Origin: Escherichia phage ECP2301
Sequence record: OR880646.1
Length of the DNA: 64,000 nucleotides
Strand: one strand, 5' to 3'
Position numbers and translations under genes: made by a program. The notes under the pieces are model-generated. The model was not told the DNA's origin. It ran no database searches and was given only the letters and a program-made list of their open reading frames with translations. Below are positions 49,604 to 58,851 of this stretch, piece after piece (the stretch's first letter is position 1; the number at the start of each line of letters is the position of its first letter).

Positions 49604-49631
49604 TTTGTGTTCCTCCGTAGTTGATAGTTGT

Positions 49632-49661
49632 ATAGTACCACAGAGGAACAGTCTTGTAAAC
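49632..49661 (-). promoter_or_regulatory. early promoter within repeated cassette (GTTTAC / TACTAT)
   Basis: Same 40-nt -10/leader/SD block as upstream of 24593. Confidence 0.5.
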
Positions 49662-49663
49662 CA

Positions 49664-49978
49664 CTAAAAGAAACTTCTTTCACAATTTTTTCCACTGAAC
49701 CAGGCGCTCACTGCTTTCTTGGTCTCAGGAGCAGTGTTATCCATAAACCATTCAAAGGCAGCCTTTTTGTGATTCTGGAGGGCTTCTCGGGCTTTAATCT
49801 GCTCACGGTCTATTAACACTAACATATGAGCCTTTCTTGTCACCATGGGCTTCTTATGATTTTTTGAATACTCCCAGTCATTTGTCCATCGCATTGTCGT
49901 TGCGAACTGAAATACTGCTTCTTTAATTTTAGTTTCGTAAATTTCACGAGCCTTTGAGTATAACATCATTACCTCCAT
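49664..49978 (-). CDS. hypothetical protein, 104 aa
   Basis: ORF, ATG start. Confidence 0.45.
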   Translation of the reverse strand: MEVMMLYSKAREIYETKIKEAVFQFATTMRWTNDWEYSKNHKKPMVTRKAHMLVLIDREQIKAREALQNHKKAAFEWFMDNTAPETKKAVSAWFSGKNCERSFF

Positions 49979-50067
49979 TCACCAGTTTAATTCTAGTCAT
50001 CTTTTTAATGGCAGTCCATATAATCTATTTCTGAACTGCCTTTTTGTTATAGAAGTCCTCTTATGAA

Positions 50068-51036
50068 TTATTTCAGAAGAGTAACCTCAGCGATTTCTTC
50101 CCAACCGTTTTTGTCGGTCATAATAAAGTCAGCAAGATAAAGAGCAGTACGCAGTGAAACATTGCGTAAACGATTAACATTAACTTTCATCCATGATAAT
50201 GCTTTATAAGTTTCTTCATCAGAAAGACCGCGCTTTTGCATCATGTCAGTTGAAAGAATAACATCTTCAACTCTGACCATAATTTCTTCATTAGTGTGAA
50301 CACCCAGATCTAAATAAACCGAGCGGGACACTAATGCTTGTAAATGTGGAGCAAGTTTAGTACCACGGTCTAATTCGCGGTCAATGTCAACGTTTGTGAT
50401 AAAAACAATCGTTCCTTTAAATTCAAACTCACGCTCAATGCCTTTTTCTTCTAAGTAAGAAGACGCAGTGCTCCAGCAGACTTTACGGGTCTCTCCAGTG
50501 TCCAGAGCGGCTTTTAGAAGATTAAGAATGTCCATATCAGAGAAAACATCCACATCATCAATCAAAAGGACAGAATTCTCTTCACGATTATTCCAAAGCT
50601 GCTCATAAAGACCAATACCAGAGATTTTACCATTAATGCTTTTATATTCAATGTATCCAATATCATTTGCTTTATTTAAAGCTTTATCTAAAGAATACGT
50701 TTTACCAATACCTGCTGCGCCAGAGATAATCAATGAACGAATATTTCCATTAATAATACCATTCGTCATCATTCCCATAACATTAAATCTTTTATTAATG
50801 CGGGTTTTCATATCTTCATATGATTCTTTAACTTCTTCAACTTTTACACCATCATATGAAATATCTGATTTGTAAACCCAAACACCGCGACGCTTACCGT
50901 CAATTTCAACAAAAACTTTACCATCTCCTTGTGCATCTACCGGAGCATTATCTGGGAACCATTCGCCTAAGAGTTCAAAAGTTCCAGAGATTTCTTTACC
51001 GAAGTAGATACCCTTATTGATAGTTACAGTTTTCAT
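50068..51036 (-). CDS. P-loop NTPase (Walker A GAAGIGKT, Walker B LLIDDVD), 322 aa
   Basis: Track ORF extended through promoter; ATG at 51036 with GGAGA SD. Confidence 0.55.
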   Translation of the reverse strand: MKTVTINKGIYFGKEISGTFELLGEWFPDNAPVDAQGDGKVFVEIDGKRRGVWVYKSDISYDGVKVEEVKESYEDMKTRINKRFNVMGMMTNGIINGNIRSLIISGAAGIGKTYSLDKALNKANDIGYIEYKSINGKISGIGLYEQLWNNREENSVLLIDDVDVFSDMDILNLLKAALDTGETRKVCWSTASSYLEEKGIEREFEFKGTIVFITNVDIDRELDRGTKLAPHLQALVSRSVYLDLGVHTNEEIMVRVEDVILSTDMMQKRGLSDEETYKALSWMKVNVNRLRNVSLRTALYLADFIMTDKNGWEEIAEVTLLK

Positions 51037-51070
51037 TTTATTCTCCAAATCCGTATCAGTTGATAGTTGT

Positions 51071-51100
51071 ATAGTACCATAAAGCTTTATGCTTGTAAAC
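51071..51100 (-). promoter_or_regulatory. early promoter within repeated cassette (GTTTAC / TACTAT) with A/T-rich UP-like tract
   Basis: Third copy of the 21-mer; aaaaattttttcacaaaac upstream of -35. Confidence 0.5.
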
Positions 51101-51123
51101 CGTTTTGTGAAAAAATTTTTGAA

Positions 51124-51150
51124 ATAAAAAAGGGAGCCCGAAGGCTCCCT
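51124..51150 (-). terminator. intrinsic terminator (7-bp stem, UUCG loop, U6) followed by an early promoter
   Basis: GGGAGCC-UUCG-GGCUCCC then U tract. Confidence 0.6.
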
Positions 51151-51151
51151 A

Positions 51152-52165
51152 TCATTTATAATAACTTCGATGGTTTTCAAGATAAACCCTCTCAAGGAAG
51201 TCATCCCAGAAACCCATGTCTACTTTTTGCTGCATACCGTTCTTAGAAGCTTCAATGGATGCTGCTTCTACTTGATCGACCACATCTTCCAAAAACTCTT
51301 GAACAGTTTTAAATGGATGTTTACCCAACTTCACGTCAAGAATAAATGGAGCGTCTTGAAGTGGATAGACTAAGTCACCAGTTTTGTAAATTTCCAATAG
51401 TTGGAGTCCACCACGGCAAGCATGACTCAGAGCTTTCCAGTCAATGCCCTCATTCGCTTCAGCCTTACGAGCACGTTCGCCGTATTCAGCATCAAGTTTA
51501 TTCAAAGACTGCTTAAGCTCAATAAGAGAAAGCGTTGTTTGATATTTACGACCCAGCACAGTGTAGAACGTTTGTGGACCTGTTTTCTCATGATTATGGA
51601 ATACCCATTCACAGAATTCGTTCTCTGGAAGACGATGCTTAATATCTTCAACTTTAGTTCGACGCTGCTTAATGGAACCGTCTTCTTGGTAATCAACCCA
51701 TTGCTCAGGGATTTGATTAACTACTTTCAATACATCACGTAATGCGGCCAAACGAGAACCCTTGACGCCGTATTTAGAAGCTTGCTTGCGAACATATCCT
51801 AAATAGGATTTCATGTTAGTCGTATAAAAACGAGAACGGTTGTCTTGAATAAACTTCCATACATCAGGCAAATCAGATTTAACTACCAGTTCAGGTGGAG
51901 TGTGGAGCATATCCAATGCTACAGTTTCACCATCTGCTGCTAATTTAAAGAAATACTTAAGACTGTATAGTTCATGGTCAATATCATCTTTAGTGTTTTT
52001 AGATGATGTGTTGTTAGTGTTTTTACTCATATGCTCTTTAACATTTCCTATAAGAATATCACGAGCAGGAGGAACAAAGATTTCTTTAAAATCTACATCA
52101 GATTCTGGAGTAGAAGTTCCATAAAGATGACTACCAAAATAGCTTTTCATTACTGTTTTCATCAT
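51152..52165 (-). CDS. predicted nucleotidyltransferase-fold protein (GS...DVD motif), 337 aa
   Basis: N-terminal FGSHLYGTSTPESDVDF resembles Pol-beta-superfamily NTase signature; terminator after stop. Confidence 0.45.
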   Translation of the reverse strand: MMKTVMKSYFGSHLYGTSTPESDVDFKEIFVPPARDILIGNVKEHMSKNTNNTSSKNTKDDIDHELYSLKYFFKLAADGETVALDMLHTPPELVVKSDLPDVWKFIQDNRSRFYTTNMKSYLGYVRKQASKYGVKGSRLAALRDVLKVVNQIPEQWVDYQEDGSIKQRRTKVEDIKHRLPENEFCEWVFHNHEKTGPQTFYTVLGRKYQTTLSLIELKQSLNKLDAEYGERARKAEANEGIDWKALSHACRGGLQLLEIYKTGDLVYPLQDAPFILDVKLGKHPFKTVQEFLEDVVDQVEAASIEASKNGMQQKVDMGFWDDFLERVYLENHRSYYK

Positions 52166-52623
52166 TCAGCCTTATATTCAATAACAGGACATACTTTAGC
52201 TTTACGCGCTTTTAAAAATTCGACGATAATAGATTTCTTGGGTTGAATAGGAGGTAAACCTTTATACGCCCTATCAATATTTTCTACATGTAAAGCATAA
52301 TCCTTTTTCCATTTATAATCTTTATATTTTTCATGCAGTTGTGCAGGAATAACAAATGAACCAATAATAAGTAAAACAAGCAAAATGGCAAGTATAAATG
52401 CTGATGGAATAAGAGTCCATAAACTACCAAAAATAAGCCATTTCTGTATGATTTCTGCGCAGATAATAGTTAGACCTGCGAGCATAGTACATCCGAATAA
52501 AGAAACGAAAAATGTAGGGATAACAATAGACCAAAAATACGCGCACAGTGTCTTAGGTCGTTTCCATTCGTCGTTAAACATTTTGAATAATTTATAATGC
52601 CAAGAGTTTTCATTAATAATCAT
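52162..52623 (-). CDS. membrane protein, 153 aa
   Basis: Multiple hydrophobic helices; ATG start. Confidence 0.45.
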   Translation of the reverse strand: MIINENSWHYKLFKMFNDEWKRPKTLCAYFWSIVIPTFFVSLFGCTMLAGLTIICAEIIQKWLIFGSLWTLIPSAFILAILLVLLIIGSFVIPAQLHEKYKDYKWKKDYALHVENIDRAYKGLPPIQPKKSIIVEFLKARKAKVCPVIEYKAE

Positions 52624-52625
52624 AA

Positions 52626-53147
52626 TTATCCTTTCATTGAAGGTGTAACAGTTGTTAAATACTTAATCATAGCTTCAGCTTCTGATTTTGATAATGAAAT
52701 TTCTCCATTGTTTTGACGAATAGAAATAAAATCCGGATGACGGTCACCACCAGCTTTTAAAATACACATATAAGTATCAGTTTCATCTTCAATATCTGAA
52801 ATAATTGAAGCAGTTCCACATGAATGTGGTTTTTGATAAATCAATGCAGCTTTTCTTCCACCGTTTGACTGTTCATAAACTTTTAACACATCAAACAAAT
52901 CGCTTCTTTTATCAATAGCTAAGATGTTGTTTTCATCTTCAATGTTAAATCCTTCGGATACTTCATAAAGTGTCACCCATAAATCGCCAATATCAATGAC
53001 AGCATTCACCTTTCCATGATTTTCAAGAGCATTACAAATTTTCTTAATTTCATCATAACTCATTTTAATAATATCATCTCCTTGAATAAGGAAGATGTCA
53101 TTTTTAAATTCAACACGAATTAAACCACTTCCACTTGAAATAAACAT
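52626..53147 (-). CDS. hypothetical protein, tandem paralog A, 173 aa
   Basis: Shares GFNIE and C-terminal (E/D)EA(I/E)A(L/M)(I/K)(K/T)YL..V.P.M motifs with next ORF. Confidence 0.45.
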   Translation of the reverse strand: MFISSGSGLIRVEFKNDIFLIQGDDIIKMSYDEIKKICNALENHGKVNAVIDIGDLWVTLYEVSEGFNIEDENNILAIDKRSDLFDVLKVYEQSNGGRKAALIYQKPHSCGTASIISDIEDETDTYMCILKAGGDRHPDFISIRQNNGEISLSKSEAEAMIKYLTTVTPSMKG

Positions 53148-53153
53148 ATTTCC

Positions 53154-53711
53154 TCACTTTGAAATCATAGTTGGAATGACAGAATCAAGATAAGTCTTTA
53201 GCGCAATAGCTTCGTCTTTGGTAAATGTGACAATATGCGATCGAAAATCATCAATTTGACGAATAGTTAAGACATCACCATCTTCATAGCATTTTGATAC
53301 GTTTAAAACAGTTTCATCATTCTGATTGCAAGCGTTAGTAATAATAGCATTGCAATTTTTGAGCCATTTTAAACTATGTTTTCTTTCATTAGAATAATAA
53401 AAATATTTAATCTTATCTATAAAACTATCCCAATGAATAACTGATAAACATATTGACTCGCTTTCAATATTAAATCCTGGGCATGAAGAATAAAAATGAA
53501 TTTTATGCTCATCATTAATGCTTACAATTTTATCAGTATAAGGATTTTCAATTTGGGTTAAATGAATGATTTCACTAGGCGTAAAATACATCATATCATC
53601 TTCTTGCGTCAAACGATACATATTATTTACTTTTTCTATAGCTAATTCACCAAAAAGTGAACTAACTTCTAATACTAATCGTTTCATATTGATTCTCTTC
53701 GACTCACTCAC
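53154..53711 (-). CDS. hypothetical protein, tandem paralog B, 185 aa
   Basis: Paralog of 52626..53147; first codon appears GTG, start may be the ATG at 53687. Confidence 0.4.
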   Translation of the reverse strand: MSESKRINMKRLVLEVSSLFGELAIEKVNNMYRLTQEDDMMYFTPSEIIHLTQIENPYTDKIVSINDEHKIHFYSSCPGFNIESESICLSVIHWDSFIDKIKYFYYSNERKHSLKWLKNCNAIITNACNQNDETVLNVSKCYEDGDVLTIRQIDDFRSHIVTFTKDEAIALKTYLDSVIPTMISK

Positions 53712-53878
53712 AATTACATACTCCTTTGAATAATATCAATAATGTTGTTCACCAGATTATAAGTAAACATTGGGTAATTATATTGAATCATCACATACAC
53801 AACAAACAAAACTTTCATTCTCTTCTCCTTGGCAGTTGACAAGATTACTATATCATAACCTTGCCAACTTGTAAACCA

Positions 53879-54052
53879 TTAAATGACGTTTTCAATAAAA
53901 TTCTGAAGCTTTGTGTGAGCATCAACCATGATTTTCATTTCTTCCTTTGCGAAAGCTGTACCTCTTTCTCGAGCAGAATACTCATAGTCAGAAACTGCAT
54001 TAGCATATTCTTCAATTAGCTTCATTAAAAACATCTGCTTTTCAGTTTTCAT
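53879..54052 (-). CDS. hypothetical protein, 57 aa
   Basis: Hand-translated (MKTEKQMFLMKLIEEYANAV...), below track cutoff; overlaps upstream stop. Confidence 0.3.
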   Translation of the reverse strand: MKTEKQMFLMKLIEEYANAVSDYEYSARERGTAFAKEEMKIMVDAHTKLQNFIENVI

Positions 54053-54236
54053 TATTCCACCTAATCATTTCAAGATATTGAACTAACTTAGCTTTGGATT
54101 TATCCAAATCCTTTTTAGCTGCTTCTATACCATCGTATGAGTATCCTTCACAATGCTCAACTGCCAATTGGTATGAATCTATTTCAATATCACGTGCTAA
54201 TTTAATGATTTTTTCAAACTGTTCACGTGTTAACAT
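54042..54236 (-). CDS. hypothetical protein, 64 aa
   Basis: ORF, ATG start. Confidence 0.4.
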   Translation of the reverse strand: MLTREQFEKIIKLARDIEIDSYQLAVEHCEGYSYDGIEAAKKDLDKSKAKLVQYLEMIRWNNEN

Positions 54237-54238
54237 AC

Positions 54239-54442
54239 TTAAACTCTCGTATTATGATCGATAATTTCATCAAGAAACATATCTAAAGCTTCTACAGCAT
54301 TATCAACTTTAGCTTCAAGTTCTTCGGCACCTTTATTTGCAATGCCTGACGAAAACCAAGCAAAGTCACTAAGTTCCTCATCTGCTTTGCGAATTAAAGC
54401 TACCAATTCTTTAATTTTATCTGCTTGTTCAATGCTAATCAT
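54239..54442 (-). CDS. hypothetical protein, 67 aa
   Basis: Start moved to ATG that overlaps upstream stop (TAATG). Confidence 0.4.
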   Translation of the reverse strand: MISIEQADKIKELVALIRKADEELSDFAWFSSGIANKGAEELEAKVDNAVEALDMFLDEIIDHNTRV

Positions 54443-54630
54443 TATTCCACCACATATGAAAGAGAAAATATTGCACACGCCATATGAGTTGCAGCTTCAT
54501 CACACATACTATAGCGTTTCTTAAGAAATTCTACGAGTTCTTCACTAGTAACTTCATCCATGTCAACGAAAAAATCACCATTAATGATGACGTAGATATT
54601 TCCTTCTTGATTGAGTGCTTCAATTTTCAT
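54442..54630 (-). CDS. hypothetical protein, 62 aa
   Basis: Start moved to ATG with AAGAGGAGA SD downstream of terminator and promoter. Confidence 0.4.
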   Translation of the reverse strand: MKIEALNQEGNIYVIINGDFFVDMDEVTSEELVEFLKKRYSMCDEAATHMACAIFSLSYVVE

Positions 54631-54696
54631 GATGTTCTCCTCTTTATCCGATGGTTGTATAGTATCACAGCTCAAATGGAAAGTAAACCGGTAAAA

Positions 54697-54721
54697 TGAA
54701 AAAAGTCTCCCGAAGGAGACT
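54697..54721 (-). terminator. intrinsic terminator (6-bp stem, UUCG loop, U6) followed by a promoter
   Basis: GUCUCC-UUCG-GGAGAC then UUUUUU. Confidence 0.6.
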
Positions 54722-54725
54722 AATG

Positions 54726-55112
54726 TTATTCGAGGGAAAGAAGATATTTACTCTGGTAAAACATCCCAGTAATATCATCTATCGTGCTTTGAATGGCTGG
54801 AGGCATTTCTTTATAAATGCTGTTAGATTGGTCTAGTATGCGATCAATCATTTTAATTGTGTCGGTAGGAAGTTTACTGGCATCTGGAATAGAAGGCGTG
54901 TATTTTCTACCAGAATACCCCAAATATTGCTCACCAAATTTATCAATCAAATCTGGCAACTCAGAGAAAATAAAATCGTATGCTTTGTGTCTAGCATAAC
55001 TTTTAGTTTCAAAATGTGCAGAATGAAAATAAGCTTGTGCAGCCATTAATAAACCTAAGTATTCATCTGCCTTTGAAGGTTTTCCACTTTGTGAAAAGTC
55101 GCTGAATTTCAT
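54726..55112 (-). CDS. hypothetical protein, 128 aa
   Basis: ORF, ATG start; terminator after stop. Confidence 0.45.
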   Translation of the reverse strand: MKFSDFSQSGKPSKADEYLGLLMAAQAYFHSAHFETKSYARHKAYDFIFSELPDLIDKFGEQYLGYSGRKYTPSIPDASKLPTDTIKMIDRILDQSNSIYKEMPPAIQSTIDDITGMFYQSKYLLSLE

Positions 55113-55402
55113 TCAGTCTCCAATTTAATGTTCATAATTCTAGCGTATGATTGTGCCATCTCCGCGCCTCGCTCTATACATTCAAAATCGGAAGAGCACG
55201 GGTCATTTTTATAAGTCGTTCGCATAAAACTATAGAACTGTTCAGATGATTCTACGCTTTTATTTTCAAAAAGCATATAAACGTGTCTAATACCAGATTC
55301 CATAAATTTATCAAAATGAGGATCGACATTCGCTTCAATCGGTGGAGATAAAGCAAACGCTAATCCTAGCATGGCAAATAGTGCCGTTGCTTTTAAGGCC
55401 AT
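55109..55402 (-). CDS. rI: lysis inhibition regulator RI (periplasmic antiholin), 97 aa
   Basis: 97 aa with N-terminal signal/anchor (MALKATALFAMLGLAFALSP); matches T4 RI as I recall it; next to tk. Confidence 0.78.
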   Translation of the reverse strand: MALKATALFAMLGLAFALSPPIEANVDPHFDKFMESGIRHVYMLFENKSVESSEQFYSFMRTTYKNDPCSSDFECIERGAEMAQSYARIMNIKLETE

Positions 55403-55414
55403 AAAGGCCTCCTA

Positions 55415-55627
55415 TCATTTTTGTCCTGTATTTACTTTATGCCGATGCACGGCCTTAACTTTATCAAGGTATTTTTCAAAATTTCGCAATCTAGTATAGT
55501 CTGCCGGAGATTGGTTGAGTGATACTTCTCGACGCAAAGCTGAAATGATATTTCCAACTTCCCTACGAATTTCATCTAATTGAAGAACAGTAAGATTGCG
55601 AAGTTGCTTTTCAGTTAATTGTAGCAT
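55415..55627 (-). CDS. hypothetical basic protein, 70 aa
   Basis: ORF, ATG start. Confidence 0.4.
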
Positions 55628-55669
55628 ATATACCCCTTTAGTTAGATAAACCTATTTATAACTTTTGCA

Positions 55670-56251
55670 CTAACCGAGCTTTTTAGTTAATTCATTCCAA
55701 TGTTTTCTACACAAAGAAACATAAATTTCATCACCAATACAGATTTGATTACCTTCTTTAACTGGTGTTCCATCTTCCATTAATCGAGCTGTCATAATAG
55801 CTTTTTTACCACAATGACAAACTGCTTTTAGTTCAATAAGTTTATCTGCAATCGCCAAAAGTTCTTTAGAACCTTCAAATAATTTTCCAGCGAAATCAGT
55901 CCTTAGCCCATAAGCCATAACAGGAACATTATATGTATCAACAATTCGGCTTAATTGATGCACCTGTTCAGTTTTTAAAAACTGGGCTTCATCTACAAAT
56001 ACACAATGAATATCTTTTTGTGCTTCAGCCCATTTATAGAACTCAAAAATATCCATATCATCCGTAATAATATTCGCTTCCTGTTTAATTCCAATGCGAG
56101 AAACGACTTCACAGACAGAATCGCGAGTATCAATAGCAGGCTTAAGAACTAATACACCCATTCCGCGTTCTTTATAATTATGCGCAGCAGTCAAAAGAGA
56201 AGCAGATTTTCCAGCATTCATTGCTGCATAAGTAAAAATTAAACTCGCCAT
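55670..56251 (-). CDS. tk: thymidine kinase, 193 aa
   Basis: P-loop AMNAGKS and CxxC...CxxH zinc site; 193 aa as T4 Tk. Confidence 0.92.
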   Translation of the reverse strand: MASLIFTYAAMNAGKSASLLTAAHNYKERGMGVLVLKPAIDTRDSVCEVVSRIGIKQEANIITDDMDIFEFYKWAEAQKDIHCVFVDEAQFLKTEQVHQLSRIVDTYNVPVMAYGLRTDFAGKLFEGSKELLAIADKLIELKAVCHCGKKAIMTARLMEDGTPVKEGNQICIGDEIYVSLCRKHWNELTKKLG

Positions 56252-56260
56252 ATCACCTTC

Positions 56261-56446
56261 TTAAAGCGTATTCACATAAGCTATTAATTCGTTTTCTTTC
56301 TTATCAAACCGATCAGCAAATTCTTCCTGTTGTTCGGGAGATAGCGGGCCGTATTCATCATAAAAGGTGTTTGCTTCTGTATGCTCATCTAGAAGTTCAT
56401 GGATAAGCTCAAACAATTTATCTTTTTGTTCTTTACTCAGACTCAT
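56261..56446 (-). CDS. hypothetical acidic protein, 61 aa
   Basis: ORF, ATG start. Confidence 0.4.
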   Translation of the reverse strand: MSLSKEQKDKLFELIHELLDEHTEANTFYDEYGPLSPEQQEEFADRFDKKENELIAYVNTL

Positions 56447-56612
56447 ATATTAATTTCCAGGAGTTTTAAAATAATTCGCTTTTGCTTAAATATTTCCATG
56501 GTTAAATGACCAGTATCTTTTTGACCGATTCCAATGGCAAAACCTTTATTGACAGCGAATTCAATTAAATTATCAAGCTCACGTAACACTTCATATTGTA
56601 ACTCAAAACTAT

Positions 56613-56825
56613 TCATTTTGGTTTACCTTCTTTAACGAAATCAGGATAAGGATAAAATCCTGAATAAAATCCTTCACCTTTATGATTGATGCATCCTTTA
56701 TTAGAACAATAGCACCAATAATCGAAATCACAAGCCATTTCATCATTACATAAAGCAAAAACAACCGGCCATTCACACTTTTCGCAGTGGGCATTTTTAA
56801 GAATACTAGTTTGGCTCATAACCAT
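56613..56825 (-). CDS. Cys-rich small protein, 70 aa
   Basis: Start moved to ATG; multiple Cys pairs suggest metal binding. Confidence 0.4.
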   Translation of the reverse strand: MVMSQTSILKNAHCEKCEWPVVFALCNDEMACDFDYWCYCSNKGCINHKGEGFYSGFYPYPDFVKEGKPK

Positions 56826-57028
56826 GTAACCTTTAAGCAATATTCTTCTACGTGCTGTTTACGACCTTTCTTATCTATAAAGGTATATTCAACGAATGTT
56901 CCAATATAGTCTTTATCTACATCATGCGGACTATTAATTGGACATTTAGTACGGCAAATGCGTTCCCATTGACGAATAATTTCCACTTTGTTTTTAGGAT
57001 CAAACGGATGCGGGTAATGTACTTTCAT
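56816..57028 (-). CDS. hypothetical protein, 70 aa
   Basis: ORF, ATG start. Confidence 0.4.
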   Translation of the reverse strand: MKVHYPHPFDPKNKVEIIRQWERICRTKCPINSPHDVDKDYIGTFVEYTFIDKKGRKQHVEEYCLKVTWL

Positions 57029-57479
57029 AATCCACCACTATTAAATCAATATCAGGAGTAAACATGTCGATTAATTTAGAAACCTTATCCCAATCGCCGC
57101 CAGCAATACCGCAACCTATGCGTGGAATGTAAATTACTGGTTTAAACAAAAGGGTTTCTGCCTGTAGATTTAATTCTATCATGCAGTTTACTAAAGCACC
57201 ATAATCAAGATTAGGACCCGGTTCATATTGCGTATACAGGTTATAGCATATACCAAATCCTGTAGGATTATGTTTAAAAACAATAGACATATCGCCTAAT
57301 TTATCACGAGAACCGTACTCGGTAGTGGTTTTATCTATTTCCAAAATTTTAGGATAGGCTCTTGCTAATTGACCTGCTACGCCAGAGCCCATTGTGTGGA
57401 AGCAATTACACCCGTGCGCAATAATATTACCTTGAAGAAATAGGGCGACAATATCGCCCTTGATATATTTTACAATCAT
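57000..57479 (-). CDS. macro-domain protein (ADP-ribose binding/hydrolase fold), 159 aa
   Basis: IAHGCNCFHTMGSGVAGQLARAYP and later GCGIAGGDW resemble macro-domain signature loops. Confidence 0.55.
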   Translation of the reverse strand: MIVKYIKGDIVALFLQGNIIAHGCNCFHTMGSGVAGQLARAYPKILEIDKTTTEYGSRDKLGDMSIVFKHNPTGFGICYNLYTQYEPGPNLDYGALVNCMIELNLQAETLLFKPVIYIPRIGCGIAGGDWDKVSKLIDMFTPDIDLIVVDYESTLPASV

Positions 57480-57817
57480 CTAGTACTCAATCCTCGATTA
57501 TAAGAATCTACTAAACGGTCAACCATTGAATGACAAGCGGCTTTATCTTTCTCCTCCGCAACTGAACATTCTAAGGTATTCCACTTTTTAGCATATCGTT
57601 TTAACAATGTATCATTTTTGTATCTGCTTGATTTATCTCTTTCTCCGTCTTTATATGCATATATTAATTTCTGCGCAAATTCAGCTTGGCATGCTTTATT
57701 TTTCCCACAATAATCCGCGGCAGTACGGTTTACATACTCTCTAATTTCAGTATATGATGTATCTGCTAACGCAGAAAATGAAATTAATCCTATACATAAA
57801 ACCAAAATTTTAGTCAT
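57476..57817 (-). CDS. secreted hypothetical protein, 113 aa
   Basis: N-terminal signal peptide MTKILVLCIGLISFSALA. Confidence 0.45.
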   Translation of the reverse strand: MTKILVLCIGLISFSALADTSYTEIREYVNRTAADYCGKNKACQAEFAQKLIYAYKDGERDKSSRYKNDTLLKRYAKKWNTLECSVAEEKDKAACHSMVDRLVDSYNRGLSTR

Positions 57818-58355
57818 TTACTATTTCCAAAAGTTTATTATTTTTAAGGTAATTAGCCTTTTCTAGGACTTCAGAAGCATATTTAGAACCTGCTTTAACA
57901 TTCCATCCCGAATTATAAGAGGATATTGCTTTTCTTATATCGCCCTTATGTATATTTAACCAATAAGAAAGTTCAATGTACGCCCAGGAAGCTGAATTGG
58001 ACCGTTTATTCAACATTCTTTTTATTTCAGCATCGGTCATATTATAACCAAGTTCCTTAACTCTTGCTCGCATGGTCGGCAAATAATTTTGGAACATTCC
58101 ATAGGCATGATGCTTTGGTTTAGATTTTAAATTAACTCCGGCAGAGCTTTCTTGCCATAAAATAGCAGCCATTATATGGCCCAATCCGCTCTTGTGGATA
58201 TTTTTGTGTGTTTTATATTTTCCATCCTTAGAAAATTGTTCCCCGAATTGATATGCGTAACGCATGTTATCGAGTTGGACATTACTGAAAGTATGCTCGG
58301 AGCTATGTGCCATCATTGAAATGGCCAATAGACCAGCGAGTAGTGCTTTTCTCAT
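57810..58355 (-). CDS. secreted lytic-transglycosylase-like protein (SLT-type), 181 aa
   Basis: Signal peptide; ILWQESSAG ... AYGMFQ resembles the SLT catalytic Glu and GLMQ motifs. Confidence 0.5.
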   Translation of the reverse strand: MRKALLAGLLAISMMAHSSEHTFSNVQLDNMRYAYQFGEQFSKDGKYKTHKNIHKSGLGHIMAAILWQESSAGVNLKSKPKHHAYGMFQNYLPTMRARVKELGYNMTDAEIKRMLNKRSNSASWAYIELSYWLNIHKGDIRKAISSYNSGWNVKAGSKYASEVLEKANYLKNNKLLEIVND

Positions 58356-58362
58356 GCTTACC

Positions 58363-58824
58363 TCATTGAGTTTTAATTACTGCTTTAGAAGCCTTTCCTG
58401 GTAAACGACGACTGTTGATAATTGCCATCCTACATTGAAGCGACGGGTCTTTGAATTTCGCATTAGGTTTACAAACTGTAAATCCAAGCCAAAGATTTCC
58501 ATCTGTGATTTCTAAACGTCCAGGGCGATATTCAACCCCATCAATAAAATCCTCGTCAATGTCAGGACGCGGAGGCATACTCAGGAATTCATTAACTTCT
58601 AAAACATGGTCTTTTATTTTGTGGAATAATTCAAAAACATATGTCTCATCAATCTCCCGTTGAATTGCACGATCAAGAAGATGCTGAGAATATTTTAGAT
58701 GAAACGATGAGACCCCTGCTGCTTTTGATGCCTCACGAATCTCATTGTTAATTTGACGAAACTCCGACTCAAAGTGACGACGAAGCTTATTTCGACGGAT
58801 AAAAACTTCTGTGTTGATAGTCAT
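58363..58824 (-). CDS. regB: endoribonuclease RegB, 153 aa
   Basis: Near-identical to T4 RegB as I recall it (MTINTEVFIRRNKLRRHFESEFRQINNEIREASKAAG...). Confidence 0.92.
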   Translation of the reverse strand: MTINTEVFIRRNKLRRHFESEFRQINNEIREASKAAGVSSFHLKYSQHLLDRAIQREIDETYVFELFHKIKDHVLEVNEFLSMPPRPDIDEDFIDGVEYRPGRLEITDGNLWLGFTVCKPNAKFKDPSLQCRMAIINSRRLPGKASKAVIKTQ

Positions 58825-58851
58825 GTTATTCTCCTCTTAACTGATAGAAAA

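Noticed and set aside
24601-51110. Dispersed direct repeats considered as a possible CRISPR array or mobile-element ends
   Set aside because: Copies are tens of kb apart, are not separated by regular spacers, and each sits immediately upstream of a gene start with -35/-10 and SD features; interpreted as promoters.
50068-51204. Long N-terminal extensions of track ORFs (50068..51204, 24342..24776, 15188..15799 and others)
   Set aside because: The extensions run through promoter and terminator sequence upstream of a well-placed ATG with SD, and two of them translate the same repeated promoter cassette; starts were moved to the internal ATG.
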